This document shows, in pieces, positions 1 through 11,449 of a stretch of DNA of 64,000 nucleotides (its first letter is position 1; each line of letters opens with the position of its first letter). Made by a program: the position numbers and the translations under genes. Source of the stretch: an uncultured Planctomycetota bacterium. Lineage in GTDB: Bacteria; Planctomycetota; Planctomycetia; Isosphaerales; Isosphaeraceae. The stretch covers positions 245,862 to 309,861 of the forward strand of contig CAWJTV010000001.1 of assembly GCA_963845755.1 (NCBI GenBank), given 5' to 3'. The notes beneath the pieces are model-generated. The model was not told the origin of the DNA. It made no database searches and saw nothing but the letters and a program-made list of their open reading frames with translations.

Positions 1-983
1 GGGCGGACTGGGCCGCGCAGCGGATCAAGGACTTGAGCCTCGTCCGTGCCGTGACATCGGCCCTCTTCCGTCGCTGGTCATCGAGACGGGGCGAGGTGAT
101 CAAGACCCTGATCGATCGGTTCCAGTATCCCCGGCTCGGGCCGGGGCAGATGTGGGAAGTGGCCCGCGACCGGATCCGCGACCAGGGTGGTACGGTCCAG
201 CTCGATCGCCGCGTGGTGCGAGTCGAACACAACGGGTCGTCGGTGACCGCATTCCTGACCCGTGACGCCGCCGGCCGCCTCACGCGCTACCTCGGCCGCC
301 ACTTCTTGTCGAGCCTTCCCATTCGCGAGCTGATCCGGGCCATGGACCCGCCGGCGCCGACCGAGGTGATCCAGGCCGCCGAGTCGCTCAAGTACCGAGA
401 CTTCCTCACGGTCGTCCTGATCGTCGACCGCGCCGAGACCTTCCCGGACAACTGGATCTATATCCACGAGCCGGGGGTGAAGTTGGGACGGGTCCAGAAC
501 TTCAAGAACTGGTCACCCGACCTCGTTCCCGACCCCAGCAAGACCAGCCTGGGCCTGGAATACTTCTGCTTCGAAGGCGATGACGTGTGGACCATGCCCG
601 ACGCCGACCTCGTCGCCTTGGGCCGCCGGGAGATCGCAGAGATCGGCCTGGCCTCGGCTTCCGAAGTCATCGACGGCTGCGTGGTGCGCATGCCCAAGGC
701 TTACCCCGTCTACGACGACCAGTACCAGGACCACCTGGCGGTCATCCGCGGCTGGCTCCGGTCGCTCTCCAACCTCGAGCTGGCCGGCCGCAACGGCATG
801 CATAAATATAACAACCAGGATCACTCGATGATGACCGCACTCCTGGCCGCCCGGAACATCCTGGGGTTCGGGAAGTTCGACACCTGGAACGTCAACACCG
901 ACGCCGAGTATCACGAAGGAGCCGTCGAGGACGAGACCGCGAAACGGGCGGGACGAGCCGTGCCGGAACGGATCCAGGCGTAG
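1..983 (+). CDS. FAD-dependent oxidoreductase (protoporphyrinogen oxidase / UDP-galactopyranose mutase-like), 5' truncated by window edge
   Basis: FQYPRLGPGQMWE, DNWIYIH and GRNGMHKYNNQDHSMMTA motifs; frame open to the window start. Confidence 0.75.
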   Translation, partial: ADWAAQRIKDLSLVRAVTSALFRRWSSRRGEVIKTLIDRFQYPRLGPGQMWEVARDRIRDQGGTVQLDRRVVRVEHNGSSVTAFLTRDAAGRLTRYLGRHFLSSLPIRELIRAMDPPAPTEVIQAAESLKYRDFLTVVLIVDRAETFPDNWIYIHEPGVKLGRVQNFKNWSPDLVPDPSKTSLGLEYFCFEGDDVWTMPDADLVALGRREIAEIGLASASEVIDGCVVRMPKAYPVYDDQYQDHLAVIRGWLRSLSNLELAGRNGMHKYNNQDHSMMTALLAARNILGFGKFDTWNVNTDAEYHEGAVEDETAKRAGRAVPERIQA

Positions 984-1076
984 CCCGAACTCTGCGGACC
1001 TTCCCAACGGCCCCCTCTCAGGCGCGGGCGTGCGGGACTGAACATCGTCGAGAGAGGATACCCGAAGACCGGCCGA

Positions 1077-3314
1077 TCAGAAGAAGACCTGGAATCGCAG
1101 CCAGTAGAGGTCGGCGGTCGAGGAAAACTTGCCGGGGGCCATCGAGACGGGATTGCCGAATTCGGAATGCTGCCAGTCGAGGTAGACTCGCAGATAGAAG
1201 TTGAGGTACCAGTTCAGGCCGACGTCGGTCGCCCAGACGTGGTTGGTCCAGAGGTTGGGGTCCGCGAACCCGGACGTGAAGATGTTGCGGCCGATGTTCA
1301 GGTTGCTGTAACGGGCATAGACCTCGACGGCTCCGGGGCTGAACGCGCCCTTCCCCGTCAAGAAATCGAAGTTGAAATCGCGGAGCGGCTTGACCATGTT
1401 GACCCGGCGCGTGACCTGCTCGCCCGTGAGAAAATACGATGCCGTGAATTCGGTGCCGCTCATGTTGACCGGGGTCGACGTATTCCCATTCGCGATGCCG
1501 TATCCCGACCGAAGGCCTCCGTATTCGGCCATGAGGAATAAGCTCTTGTAATACCAGACGAGGTGACCACCCCACTGCACGCGCTCGCCGAGTTCGATCA
1601 CGTTGTTGTTCAGGTGGAGGAAGGTGGGAGAAAGGCTGGTGGCGTTGTTCGGGGTCTGGTCGTTGGCGGTCTCGAAGTAAACCGGCTGGGGAGGACTGTT
1701 GTTCTGGTAGCCCACATCCCACGACCCGCCGATGTTGAAATAGTTGAGGGCCTTGAACCGCTCCGAATTCAGGAAGGGCCGAATCGTGACATTGCCGATG
1801 ATGTCCTTCGCGCTGTTCAAATCCTGGAATGAGCGGCGCGGCCCATTATAAAGGCCCGTCGCATAACTGACCCGCGAGTCGAAGAGCTCTCCGAGAAACA
1901 TGAACCCCATCTGACGATTGAGGGCGAGGTTTCCCGCGAATAGCGATCGTTCGGGCGCGATCAAGTCACCCTCAGCGATTGAGAAATATTCATATAAATA
2001 CGGTGTCTTCATGCGACCGACTCGGAGCCGGAGCTTGTCGCTGAACCGGAGGGTGATGAAGGCATCGAGCAGGTCGAGGGAGCCGTAACCCCGGTTGATG
2101 ACCGTGTAGAATCCCACGTTCTTGGTCAGGTTGCCCACGAAGTACCAGCGTTGACGTGGGATGAAGAACTGATCGTTGAGGACGCCGAGGTCTCGGTTGT
2201 CGAAGCCTCGGAACTCGGCCTGGGTCAGGTTGTGGAACTGGAGCAGGAATTCCTTGTCGTCGGATTCGAACTCGAGACCCTCGCCGAAGGCAAAATGGCC
2301 CTTGTGTTTCACGGGGCCCTGATTCACCCGAGACTTCTCCTCGGCCTCGCCTTCCTTGCCCTCGGCGCCGGCGGTCGCCTCGCTGACGGCAGCCGGCTGT
2401 TGCCTCGGGGAAGTTCGCCCGCCGGTGCCCTCCGCACCAGCTCCGATCCGGTCCATGCGGGACATGGTCGAGCGGCTCTCTTCGGCGGGCTGGGTCCGCG
2501 GCATGGTCGGTGTGGGACCGGTACCGCGGCCGATTTCGCCCTCTGCGCCTGCCGGGGGGGTGGCCGGCTGTTGACGTGGGTTGGTGCGCCCGCCGGTCCC
2601 CTCCGCTCCCGCGGGGGGTTGGGCGAAACTGGGATCGGCGGGCGGCACGGCAACCGCCTCTGCGCCCCCGTTCATCTCCGCACCGAGCGGTTCAGGTAAG
2701 TCGGAGATGGGATCGGCCACGACTTGGTTGCCCCCGGGCGTGTTCGCGATGCTCCCGTTCGCCGTGGTGCGACTGACCCGTTGCGCCCGGTTTCGCGCGA
2801 CCACTCCCCGGGCTCCTTGGGTCGTCGTCATCTTCCGCGACAGATCGTCGTATTTGCGGAGGAGCGCCTTGTATTGGCCCTGGATCTCGCGATGATTCTC
2901 TTCCAATCTCAGAAAGGCCTCTTCCATCCGACGGAACCGGTCTTCGAGGTTCGCATCGGCCGGCACGACGGGTTTCGAGCCCGTTGTCGCCGGTTGCGAC
3001 ATCGCACCGCTCACCGGTGAAGGAATCCGTCGATCGCGCGGGGTGTCGCTAACTTTCGGAGCAGTCGCCGTCGCTTGAGGCTTGGTGCCCTTGGTGGTTC
3101 CAGGCGACCCTCCCGTTTTCGGACGAGCCGTTTCCTCGCGAGGTTTGGAAGCAGTTGCGGGTTCCTGGACTTTGGGGGGCGGAGAGTTAAAAGGCGAAGG
3201 ATCAGTTGGCGGCGGACTTTGGGCATATACGACTGCGGTCCAGCCCAGGACGAGACCAGTCAGAAGACCAATGCTCTTCCCGCGAATAAGGGGACAACAC
3301 CGCATCCAATTCAT
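1077..3314 (-). CDS. OprO/OprP-like phosphate-selective porin with long low-complexity N-terminal region
   Basis: Signal peptide after MNWMRCC; beta-barrel-type C-terminal half (RVGRMKTPY, ERS, DVGLNWYLN) ending in an aromatic residue (RFQVFF); start chosen at internal ATG. Confidence 0.75.
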   Translation of the reverse strand: MNWMRCCPLIRGKSIGLLTGLVLGWTAVVYAQSPPPTDPSPFNSPPPKVQEPATASKPREETARPKTGGSPGTTKGTKPQATATAPKVSDTPRDRRIPSPVSGAMSQPATTGSKPVVPADANLEDRFRRMEEAFLRLEENHREIQGQYKALLRKYDDLSRKMTTTQGARGVVARNRAQRVSRTTANGSIANTPGGNQVVADPISDLPEPLGAEMNGGAEAVAVPPADPSFAQPPAGAEGTGGRTNPRQQPATPPAGAEGEIGRGTGPTPTMPRTQPAEESRSTMSRMDRIGAGAEGTGGRTSPRQQPAAVSEATAGAEGKEGEAEEKSRVNQGPVKHKGHFAFGEGLEFESDDKEFLLQFHNLTQAEFRGFDNRDLGVLNDQFFIPRQRWYFVGNLTKNVGFYTVINRGYGSLDLLDAFITLRFSDKLRLRVGRMKTPYLYEYFSIAEGDLIAPERSLFAGNLALNRQMGFMFLGELFDSRVSYATGLYNGPRRSFQDLNSAKDIIGNVTIRPFLNSERFKALNYFNIGGSWDVGYQNNSPPQPVYFETANDQTPNNATSLSPTFLHLNNNVIELGERVQWGGHLVWYYKSLFLMAEYGGLRSGYGIANGNTSTPVNMSGTEFTASYFLTGEQVTRRVNMVKPLRDFNFDFLTGKGAFSPGAVEVYARYSNLNIGRNIFTSGFADPNLWTNHVWATDVGLNWYLNFYLRVYLDWQHSEFGNPVSMAPGKFSSTADLYWLRFQVFF

Positions 3315-3735
3315 CCGCTCAGCCTTTCGCAAGGTTGATGGGTCCCGAAGCCTAAAGGTGGGAAAAACCGTGGCTCTTCGTCCCAAATTGGTGAAGGACC
3401 TCGCGTGTGGGCTGGGTACAACCCACCATAACCCCAAGTCGGACTGTGGGTTGTACCCAGCCTACAAACCCGCTGGCGGGGGCCATTACCAACCTCGGCT
3501 CATGAGCCCAAATCGCTTGATATACATGCACGATATCACTCGACGGAGAAATGAATCTGCTTTCCTCCCCCTTCGATCGGCATCGTCATCGAACCGACTT
3601 GATAGAATTTTCCGATTCCGTGGATTCTTCGGACTGGACAATCCCTCGAGAAGCCCGGATTGCGGCCTGACCGTTCGGAGGAACCGTTGCCTTCGAGATA
3701 TACCGCACGCGGTCAGAAATGAGACATTCCATACC

Positions 3736-3789
3736 AACCCGAAGTGTAAACGAGGCAACGGTTTGACGCCCTCGCTCACGCATCGGGTT
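3736..3789. repeat. REP-like imperfect palindrome
   Basis: aacccgaagtgtaaacgagg ... cctcgctcacgcatcgggtt inverted arms. Confidence 0.6.
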
Positions 3790-4280
3790 AGTGTCCCCAG
3801 AGGCCACGTGCAGTATGATCCCCGATTCTGACAACGACACCCCTTCATCCGGGACACAGGCTTGTCACTCGTACGCGGTCCGGACGAACCGAGAACGGTG
3901 TCCATGACGTATGATCTCCGCAGCAACGTTAGTGGTGAGCCGTCTCGTAGTGGGTCGGTTGGTGTGGGTCCGGGCGATCGGGATTGGTCTTCGATGGATT
4001 CCGGATCTTCTTCGGCGACGGGACCTTGGATTGTCCCTGTCCCTATCGACGGGAATCGAGCCATGGGTCTCACGCCAAGAATCGCGACGGTCGGGGGGTT
4101 TGCGACTGGAAGACGCATCGGCCCATTCCACGCCTCCTCAACTGCGAGAAACCCCATTGCGGTCTTCCCAAAGGTAGGGGAGTGTGGTTATAATTACCGG
4201 ATTTGATGTCTCGTATTGCCTTCGGGACCAGTCTGGCTCGTTTGAGCTGAGTCAGGGATGGGGTTAGACGACGTCCCGTT

Positions 4281-5696
4281 GTGAAACAGGAGAATCAGGC
4301 GATGCATCGGGTTGAGGAAAGACCGGCGCTCTCCGCGACAGAGTCTTGCTCGATCGAGAACGCGGTCAACACAGGCAGCCAGAGTTGCCTATCGGTTCGA
4401 CTGGCGGTTTTCCTCCTGCTGGTCTGTTTAAGGCTTATGATTCCCAAAGCATTGGTGGCACAGCAAATACCGCCCAGGACTTGGGTCGGCCGACGAGTCG
4501 TCCAACGGTTCAATAACCTGACGCTCCGCATCGAAGACCGGGTTATCGACCGCAAACGGCTCATCCATTTCTACGTGGTCGAGCAGACCAACGGCCCCTG
4601 GCTGTGGATCCGGGCCGAAAACAATGGATTCGGCGGCTGGGCCAAGATCGATGACATGGTACCTGTCGAGGAAGGGATCGATTTCTTCTCCAGTCGGATC
4701 CGCGCCAATCCCAGCGACGTGTTCTCCTACATGATGCGAGGCACTCTCTGGCAGGACCGGCAAGATCATCAGAAGGCGCTCAGCGACTTTGGAGAAGCCA
4801 TCCGTTTAAGTCCCAATGATGCTTGGGTTTACAATGACCGATCCATCTTGTGGTTCGAAACCGGCGATTATGACCGGGCCATCGCGGATTGCACCGAGGC
4901 CATCCGACTCGAGCCTCAAGTAGCCAGTTCGTACAACAACCGGGGGACGATCTGGAGGAAGAAGAAAGTCTACGACTCGGCGATCGCCGACTTCAACGAG
5001 GCTGTCCGATTGAATCCCGAGTATGTTTATGCCTATTATAACCGTGGTCTCGCCCATTTTGACAAGGGAGATTACGATGCGGCGATCGCCGACTTCGGCA
5101 CGGTTGTGCGACTGGATACATCGGATGCGTTGGGCTATTACAACCGTGGCCTCGCCTGGGCTTACAAGAATGAACACGCCGAGGCAATTGCGGATTTCGA
5201 CAAGGCCATTGCGCTGAATCCGCGGTCGGCATTGGCCCATTTCCATCGGGGCGTGTCCAAGGCGGCGAAGAAGGCTTATGAGGCTGCCATAGCGGATTAC
5301 GATCAGGCGATCCGGCTCTCGCCGAAGGATGCGAAGGCGTATTACGAGCGGGGCCTTGCCCGAGTCGAGCGGAAGGACTATCCCCGGGCCGTCGCCGATT
5401 TCAATGAAGCGATCCGACTGGACCCGAATTACGACGAGGGCTATCTCGGCCGCGCATGGCTGCTGGCGACCTGTCCCGATACGAAGTATCGCGACCCGAA
5501 GAAAGCGGTCGAGTCGGCGACCCGAGCGTGCGAGTTAACCAACTGGCACGCATCGCACGATCTGAGCGGTTTGGCCGCGGTGTATGCCGAGATCGGGAAT
5601 GTTGCCGAAGCCGTGAAGTGGCAGTCTCGGGCCATCGAGCTGTTGGCCGACGAGGACTTGAAACGGATCGAGGCGCTGCGGTTGGGTCACCATTGA
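4281..5696 (+). CDS. Tetratricopeptide repeat protein
   Basis: About 8 consecutive TPRs (AYYNRG...AIADF..AIRL.P); start uncertain. Confidence 0.9.
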   Translation: MKQENQAMHRVEERPALSATESCSIENAVNTGSQSCLSVRLAVFLLLVCLRLMIPKALVAQQIPPRTWVGRRVVQRFNNLTLRIEDRVIDRKRLIHFYVVEQTNGPWLWIRAENNGFGGWAKIDDMVPVEEGIDFFSSRIRANPSDVFSYMMRGTLWQDRQDHQKALSDFGEAIRLSPNDAWVYNDRSILWFETGDYDRAIADCTEAIRLEPQVASSYNNRGTIWRKKKVYDSAIADFNEAVRLNPEYVYAYYNRGLAHFDKGDYDAAIADFGTVVRLDTSDALGYYNRGLAWAYKNEHAEAIADFDKAIALNPRSALAHFHRGVSKAAKKAYEAAIADYDQAIRLSPKDAKAYYERGLARVERKDYPRAVADFNEAIRLDPNYDEGYLGRAWLLATCPDTKYRDPKKAVESATRACELTNWHASHDLSGLAAVYAEIGNVAEAVKWQSRAIELLADEDLKRIEALRLGHH

Positions 5697-5843
5697 GATC
5701 GGCGTCCGCGGGTCGTCGGCAAAGGCCCGAAGACCGGACCGGACTCGACTCGGACTGGTCGGAAGTGGGGGTCGCCTTGCGAGCCATCGCTGGCCTTCGT
5801 CGCGAGGCGGCTCTCCGACAGAGCCGCTTCGCGAGTCCGCCCC

Positions 5844-6206
5844 TCAAAACTTCTTCAGGGCCGTGATTTCATCCGGGTGGATTTCAAAGATCTTGTCAAA
5901 ATGGCTGACTTTGAACGCATCCATGATCACGGGACGAAGGCCGCAGAGCTTGATACGCCCCTTGGCGTCCTGGATCTTGCGATGGAGTTTCACCAGGTGC
6001 GCCAGCATCGCGCTGGAGATGAAGTGCGCATTGCCGAGATTCAGGAGGACCTTCGGTTCCTTCCGCGACTCGACCAGGTCGACCAGCTCCATGCCGACGG
6101 CCTGAACCTTCTCCCCCTCGAACATCGCCATGGTTTCACGGAAGTTCACGACGGCGACGCCGTCGACGTACTTCACCGTGATATATTGGTACTCGGAAAG
6201 GGCCAT
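5844..6206 (-). CDS. STAS-domain anti-sigma factor antagonist
   Basis: VLLNLGNAHFISSAMLAHLV...GRIKLCGLRPVIMDAFKV. Confidence 0.9.
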   Translation of the reverse strand: MALSEYQYITVKYVDGVAVVNFRETMAMFEGEKVQAVGMELVDLVESRKEPKVLLNLGNAHFISSAMLAHLVKLHRKIQDAKGRIKLCGLRPVIMDAFKVSHFDKIFEIHPDEITALKKF

Positions 6207-7085
6207 GGAAGCGGCTCCTGATGCCCGCCCTCGCTCGGGGTCCTTCGGGGATCAGCGTCGTCCCCTCGACGGCCGGCGCGGGCTTGGCCGGCACGGAGTC
6301 CCCAACTCGAATCGCGATTCCCGAGGTGGGTAACTTGATCATATCGGAAGAGGGATCCCTTTCCCATCCCCATCTCCTCTTTCCCGCGGGATGCGAGATT
6401 GCGGCAACGACTGCGGGCCCGAAGCCCGCACCTCGGGTCGCGTGCGCCCCTTGCTCCGATCCGCGATTCCAGCGATTGACGAGTTGGGCGCCGCCCTCTA
6501 ACATGGGTGAAACTCGATCGTCCTTGAGACAACTGATAGCCGATCTCAGTGGTGACGCGAATTCATGCCTATCTCTGGTATTTGCCCGGGATCATCTTGA
6601 TCTCCCAGTGGGCCTTGCCGTCGGTCAGAAGCGCCCCGCGGGGCACCCTGGCTCCGATCAATGTTCGAGGTCCAGCCGGTCATCCGGGCTCACGACCGCC
6701 CCGGATGATCGCCACCCGATCCTCTCTGTCGGCTTGCGATTGCCCTGAACAGGTTACGAACGACGCCGACGTAGACCCCCGAACCGGCCCGCGCGACGAT
6801 GGGTCACGTTTGCTTTCCTCAAATGATGCACGCATGCGACCGACGGTCCGTTCCGTGGCTTCATTCCGCGGCAAGCGAGGCCCAACCCATCCCTTGCGCT
6901 GTTGACGCACGCCCCGCATGCTTCAACGCTCGCATCGAGAGTCGCGTGACGATGAGTTTCTTCCGTCTCATCTTCCGATCCCGGCCCGGGATCGGCCGTG
7001 ATTGCCGGAGAACAGGGCAAAGGGGAATGGGTCCATCGGGAACCGTCCGAATCCTCGGGTCGAATTCGAAATGAGGGGTGGTCGC

Positions 7086-8598
7086 ATGTTAGCAGATCAG
7101 GTCGCGGTCGCGGCGAAACCCGTTGGCGTGGAGCGATCGGACAAAGGTCCTCCACGACCTGCTCCGGAGCGTCCGCGATGGGGGTTGCGTTTGCTGTTCC
7201 TTTTGATCGTCGCCGGCGGAATCGGCGGTGTCTACGTGGCGACCTCCGGCAAGGCCCACCCGGGCGAATCGGGAGAGAAGGTGGACGTCGCCGGTATCGG
7301 GAAAGGCGAAGCGGGCAGTTCCGAGCCGAAGGTTCAGGCCGTCAAGCCGCGTCGGGGGGGATGGAGCGGATCACGAGCCAGCCGGGAACCATTAGCGCGT
7401 TCGAGTTCGCCAGACTGTATGCGAAGGTCTCCGGCTACCTAAAGACGTTGAAGGTAGACCGCGGCAGCCGCGTCGAGAAAGGGCAGCTCCTGGCGCAGCT
7501 CGACGTGCCCGAGCTGGAAGCCGCCGTCGAGCAAGCCGAGGCGGCGGTGATCCGGGCGAATGCGGCCGTCAAGCAGGCGATGGCACATGTGACCAGCGCC
7601 AGGAGATGATCAAGGCCAAGTTGGCATTCCAGGAAGAGTCCGTCGCCAATCAGGAGGCGGCCGTCGCCGATCGCCAATACCGGGACAAACAGTTCCACCG
7701 GATCGACGACCTGGTGAGGCGGCATGCCGTCGAGGAACGGCTCCGGGATGAGGAGTACGACCACTATCACGTTGCCTTGTCCAAGGAGCACGCGGCCGTG
7801 GCCGCAGTGGCCACCGCCAAGGCGCAGGTGGCCGAGGCAGAGGCCTTGCTCGCGCAGGCCCAGGCGGACGAGGAAGGGGCCAAGGCGGATGTGAAGGTCA
7901 GCGAGGCGAACCTGAAAAAGGAAAAGGCTCTCTACGAATACACGTATCTCCGCTCACCCTACAAGGGCGTCGTCATCGCCCGCGGCGAGGCCGTGCATCC
8001 CGGTTCGTTCGTCCAATCTCCGGACAAAGGCGGCGAAGAACCCTTGCTCATCGTGGCCCGCGATGACGTCATGCGGACAATCATCCCAATCCCCGACCGA
8101 GATGTCCCCTATTGCGAGCCCGGCGATCCCGCGATCATTCGGATCGATGCCATGGGTAACCGAGAGTTCAAGGGCAAGGTTAGCCGGGTGGCGGAATCCG
8201 AGGACATCAAGGATCGAACGATGCGCATCGAGGTCAACCTCCCCAATCCCGAGCACATCCTCCGCGACGGCATGTTCGGCCGAGGCGAGATCGTCCTCGA
8301 GAAGGACACTCCGAACTTCACAGTCCCTTCGTCCTGCGTCCTGGAGCGGAATAGCCAGGGCGAAGGCGCCATCCAGGTCGTCAAGGATGGGAAGACGTAC
8401 AAGCAGACCGTGCAGATCGGCCGCGATGACGGGGTCCGTGCCGAGATCCTCAGCGGCCTGAGTGCCGATGCCCTGGTGATCCTCCAGCCCGACGCGTCGG
8501 TCGCCGATGGTACGAAGGTTCAGGTTCTATCCGACACGACCCCATCGCCGGCCCCGGCCTCGAAACCCGCCCAGGCCCCCAAGGAATCCCACGAGTAA
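7086..8598 (+). CDS. Efflux RND transporter periplasmic adaptor (MFP), split by two frameshifts (~7360, ~7605)
   Basis: TM anchor, then AKVSGYLKTLKVDRGSRVEKGQLLA, coiled coil, LRSPYKGVVIAR and LRDGMFG across three overlapping ORFs; first shift lies in a G run. Confidence 0.8.
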
Positions 8599-8738
8599 TC
8601 GCCCCTGACTCCGCGCAGACCGCGCCAGGCACCACGGAGCGAATGCAGTTCGGGGCGGGCTCCTGCCGAATACTAGGGTATATCGGCCAGGCGTCCGCCC
8701 CGGTCCGCTCGCTCGACTGTGTTCAGGGAGGGTCACTG

Positions 8739-9728
8739 ATGTCGCGAATCCCTCGGCGCCCGAACCGGCCGGACTTCGAGAGGCTCGAATCGCGGCTTCC
8801 CCTGAGCCTCGCCCCATCCACGAACACCTTCGGCCTGACGCCACCGGCCAACGCCCTCGGCATCAGCCTGGGCGACATCTCGGGGCCACGTGCCACCGGT
8901 TCCACGACCGTCACGATCGCACCTCAGAATATCACACCCGGCAAGGCCTCGACCGAGTTCGCCGTGTTCGTCCAGCCATACTCGGGCAGCGGGGTGCACC
9001 CGCGGATCGCCGGCGTGGAGCAGAACGGGAAAATGCTGCCGGTCCAGTTCGGTCGCCCCTATACCTCGCGCAGTGCCGGGAAGCCCACGAACCGGGCCGT
9101 CGCATTCTTCCAGACCGGTCAGTCCGGTCCGGTAACCATCCTCGTCGCCGGCCAGAAGAACACCACCGGTTCCTACACTGTCGAAACGACCTTGCCCGGC
9201 GACGTCAACGGTGACGGTCAAGTCAATGTGGCCGACCTCGCGCCGTTCGCGAAATCCTTCGGGACGAAGCCGGGCTGGACGGGTTACTTGCCCTCCGCCG
9301 ACTTCAACCAGAATGGTATCATCAACTTGTACGACGCCAAGGCGGTGGAGCGCAACATGCCGCCCCTGACTCCGGATAGTCCCCTCAACGCCGACATCAA
9401 CCTGGTGCCATCGGACCAGGCGCAGTACGCCGCCCCCAAGAACTCGGGCGGTTCCACCATGAAGCGAGACGTCCAGATCGATGGCTACACCATGCCCGCC
9501 AGCATCGTCCTCGAGATCCAGCTATCCAACCTCACGCCGCCCGACAAGGCCATCGCGACCAATGCCCGGGGGTTCTTCACCCTCAGCACGAAGAATTCCC
9601 AGGGGGTGAACACGACGAATTTCCTGATCCTCGATCCCTATGGCCGCCAGCTCGTCCGCGCGTACCCGATCTTCTGGATTCCATTCGCCGCTCCCCACTC
9701 GAAGTATCAACCGAAGAGCACGAGTTGA
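8739..9728 (+). CDS. Secreted dockerin-like domain protein with planctomycete extracellular motif
   Basis: N-terminal RRPNRPDFERLESRLPLS; GDVNGDGQVNVADL and ADFNQNGIINLYDA repeats. Confidence 0.75.
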   Translation: MSRIPRRPNRPDFERLESRLPLSLAPSTNTFGLTPPANALGISLGDISGPRATGSTTVTIAPQNITPGKASTEFAVFVQPYSGSGVHPRIAGVEQNGKMLPVQFGRPYTSRSAGKPTNRAVAFFQTGQSGPVTILVAGQKNTTGSYTVETTLPGDVNGDGQVNVADLAPFAKSFGTKPGWTGYLPSADFNQNGIINLYDAKAVERNMPPLTPDSPLNADINLVPSDQAQYAAPKNSGGSTMKRDVQIDGYTMPASIVLEIQLSNLTPPDKAIATNARGFFTLSTKNSQGVNTTNFLILDPYGRQLVRAYPIFWIPFAAPHSKYQPKSTS

Positions 9729-9784
9729 TGATGTAGCCCGGACGGCGGTGGCCGGGACGAGAAATCGATCGGCGCGTGCGGCGG

Positions 9785-10687
9785 TCAATGCGACCCGTCG
9801 ACGAGCGGCCGGCACCCCACCAGGTTGATCCCGTGCCCCTGACCTTCGTGGTACAGGACCTGGTCCCGACTCAGGTCCACCACGTGGATCAGTCCGGCGT
9901 CGGCGAACCAGCCCGCCACTTCGTCGGCGGTATGGCGGGTCAAATACTTCGGCGCGTACCAGTCGAGCGTGTCGCATACCCGAACCTCCGAGTCCGGATG
10001 CATCGAGACGCCGATCGTCGCCAGGTGGACGGCCACGCCCAGCCGTTGGATCAGCCACCGGCGGCTCGACATCAAGTAACGCTTCAGCGCACCGATCGGG
10101 GCGGAGATCCGGCACAGCGGCTCCAGCACGCCCAGCGGCAGCCGCGTCGAGACAGATCGCTGAGCATTCATGATCCATTCCACGATAGCACGCTCGCGTG
10201 GATAGACCCAGATGGCGATCTGGCCTCCAGGCTTCAAGAGACGAGCCAAGGCCAGAAAAGACGCCCGTGGATCGGGAGTGTGATCGATCACACCGAGAGA
10301 GTAGATCCGATCGAAGCTACCGGGCGCGAACGGGAGCTGAAGGAGATCGCCACGGATGATCTGGACCTGGGGAAGATCCCGAGTCATGTCTCGCGCGGCC
10401 AGCACCGCGGGACTCAGGTCGATCCCCACGATCCCTGCCGCCGCCGATTCGCCCGCGATCCGCAGGTAGCGGCCCATCCCGCAGCCGGCATCCAGTACGA
10501 TCTTGCCGGCGAGGTCCTCGGGGTTGAACCCCGTCCGGCTGCCAAAAGTTGCGCGATCTTCCTCCTGCCGAACGATCCGGAACCGATTCCATTGCAGCCC
10601 ATAGGCCGCCTGGGTTCGCGTCTGATCAGCGATTCGTCCTCGAGCCTTTGAGTTCTCAAGTCCTGGGTTGTGTCGAGCCAAGCCCAT
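9785..10687 (-). CDS. Class I SAM-dependent methyltransferase
   Basis: VLDAGCGMGRY, GIDLS, SFDRIYSLGVIDH, LKPGG. Confidence 0.9.
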   Translation of the reverse strand: MGLARHNPGLENSKARGRIADQTRTQAAYGLQWNRFRIVRQEEDRATFGSRTGFNPEDLAGKIVLDAGCGMGRYLRIAGESAAAGIVGIDLSPAVLAARDMTRDLPQVQIIRGDLLQLPFAPGSFDRIYSLGVIDHTPDPRASFLALARLLKPGGQIAIWVYPRERAIVEWIMNAQRSVSTRLPLGVLEPLCRISAPIGALKRYLMSSRRWLIQRLGVAVHLATIGVSMHPDSEVRVCDTLDWYAPKYLTRHTADEVAGWFADAGLIHVVDLSRDQVLYHEGQGHGINLVGCRPLVDGSH

Positions 10688-10753
10688 GCTTCCTCTCTTC
10701 GCCGAGTATGAGTGTTCGCTTCCCCGGTCCGCCCGACCAAGACGACGAAAGCC

Positions 10754-11449
10754 CTAAGAGCTTAAGGACTTTAAAAACTGATCCTCGGCGGCGCTACGGC
10801 GGAGGTACCCCGGTTCGAGCATCCACGGATCCTCGTGGCGGCCACTGGCCCAGAGTTCACGCGCGAGTTCAGCCAGGCGATCTCCCTGGGGATTGTTCTG
10901 CGCCGGATCTGACGTGACGAGCCGATCCGGGATGGCGGCTCGGATGCGAGGCACGGCGAGGGCCGGCCCGAGGACCAGGACTCCGGGGTCCTGGCGGCCG
11001 AGCCAGGCGGGGAGCGATTCCACATGAGTTTCGCCCGAAGGCACCAGTGGAGAGCCTGGGGCCGGTCGGAACAGGTCGGCCACATAGACCTCGCCGCGCT
11101 GGGCGTCGGCGAGGACGGAAACGCGCGGGACTTCCGCCGATGCGTTGCGTCCGACTGCATGGAGGCTATTGAAGGCGATCAATCGGGCACCCGATACGTA
11201 GGCCAGGGTCTTGGCGGCCGTCACGCCGACCCGAAGTCCCGTGTAGGATCCGGGCCCGAGTCCGACCGCGACCCCCTGGAGATCCCTCGCCGCAAGTCCG
11301 GCTTCCTTCAGTAAAGACGCGATCCTGGGGATCAGATCGCGTCCGTGCCGGCGCACCGTCTCCGTCGCCGAGACGTAGAGATCCCCCGAATCGGTGGTCA
11401 GGGCGATGACCGTACGCTCCGTCGAGGTATCCATCACCAGGATGGTCAT
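10754..11449 (-). CDS. tsaB: tRNA threonylcarbamoyladenosine biosynthesis protein TsaB
   Basis: ILVMDTS, VAVGLGPGSYTGLRVG, DAQRGEVY, LEPGYLR. Confidence 0.92.
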   Translation of the reverse strand: MTILVMDTSTERTVIALTTDSGDLYVSATETVRRHGRDLIPRIASLLKEAGLAARDLQGVAVGLGPGSYTGLRVGVTAAKTLAYVSGARLIAFNSLHAVGRNASAEVPRVSVLADAQRGEVYVADLFRPAPGSPLVPSGETHVESLPAWLGRQDPGVLVLGPALAVPRIRAAIPDRLVTSDPAQNNPQGDRLAELARELWASGRHEDPWMLEPGYLRRSAAEDQFLKSLSS

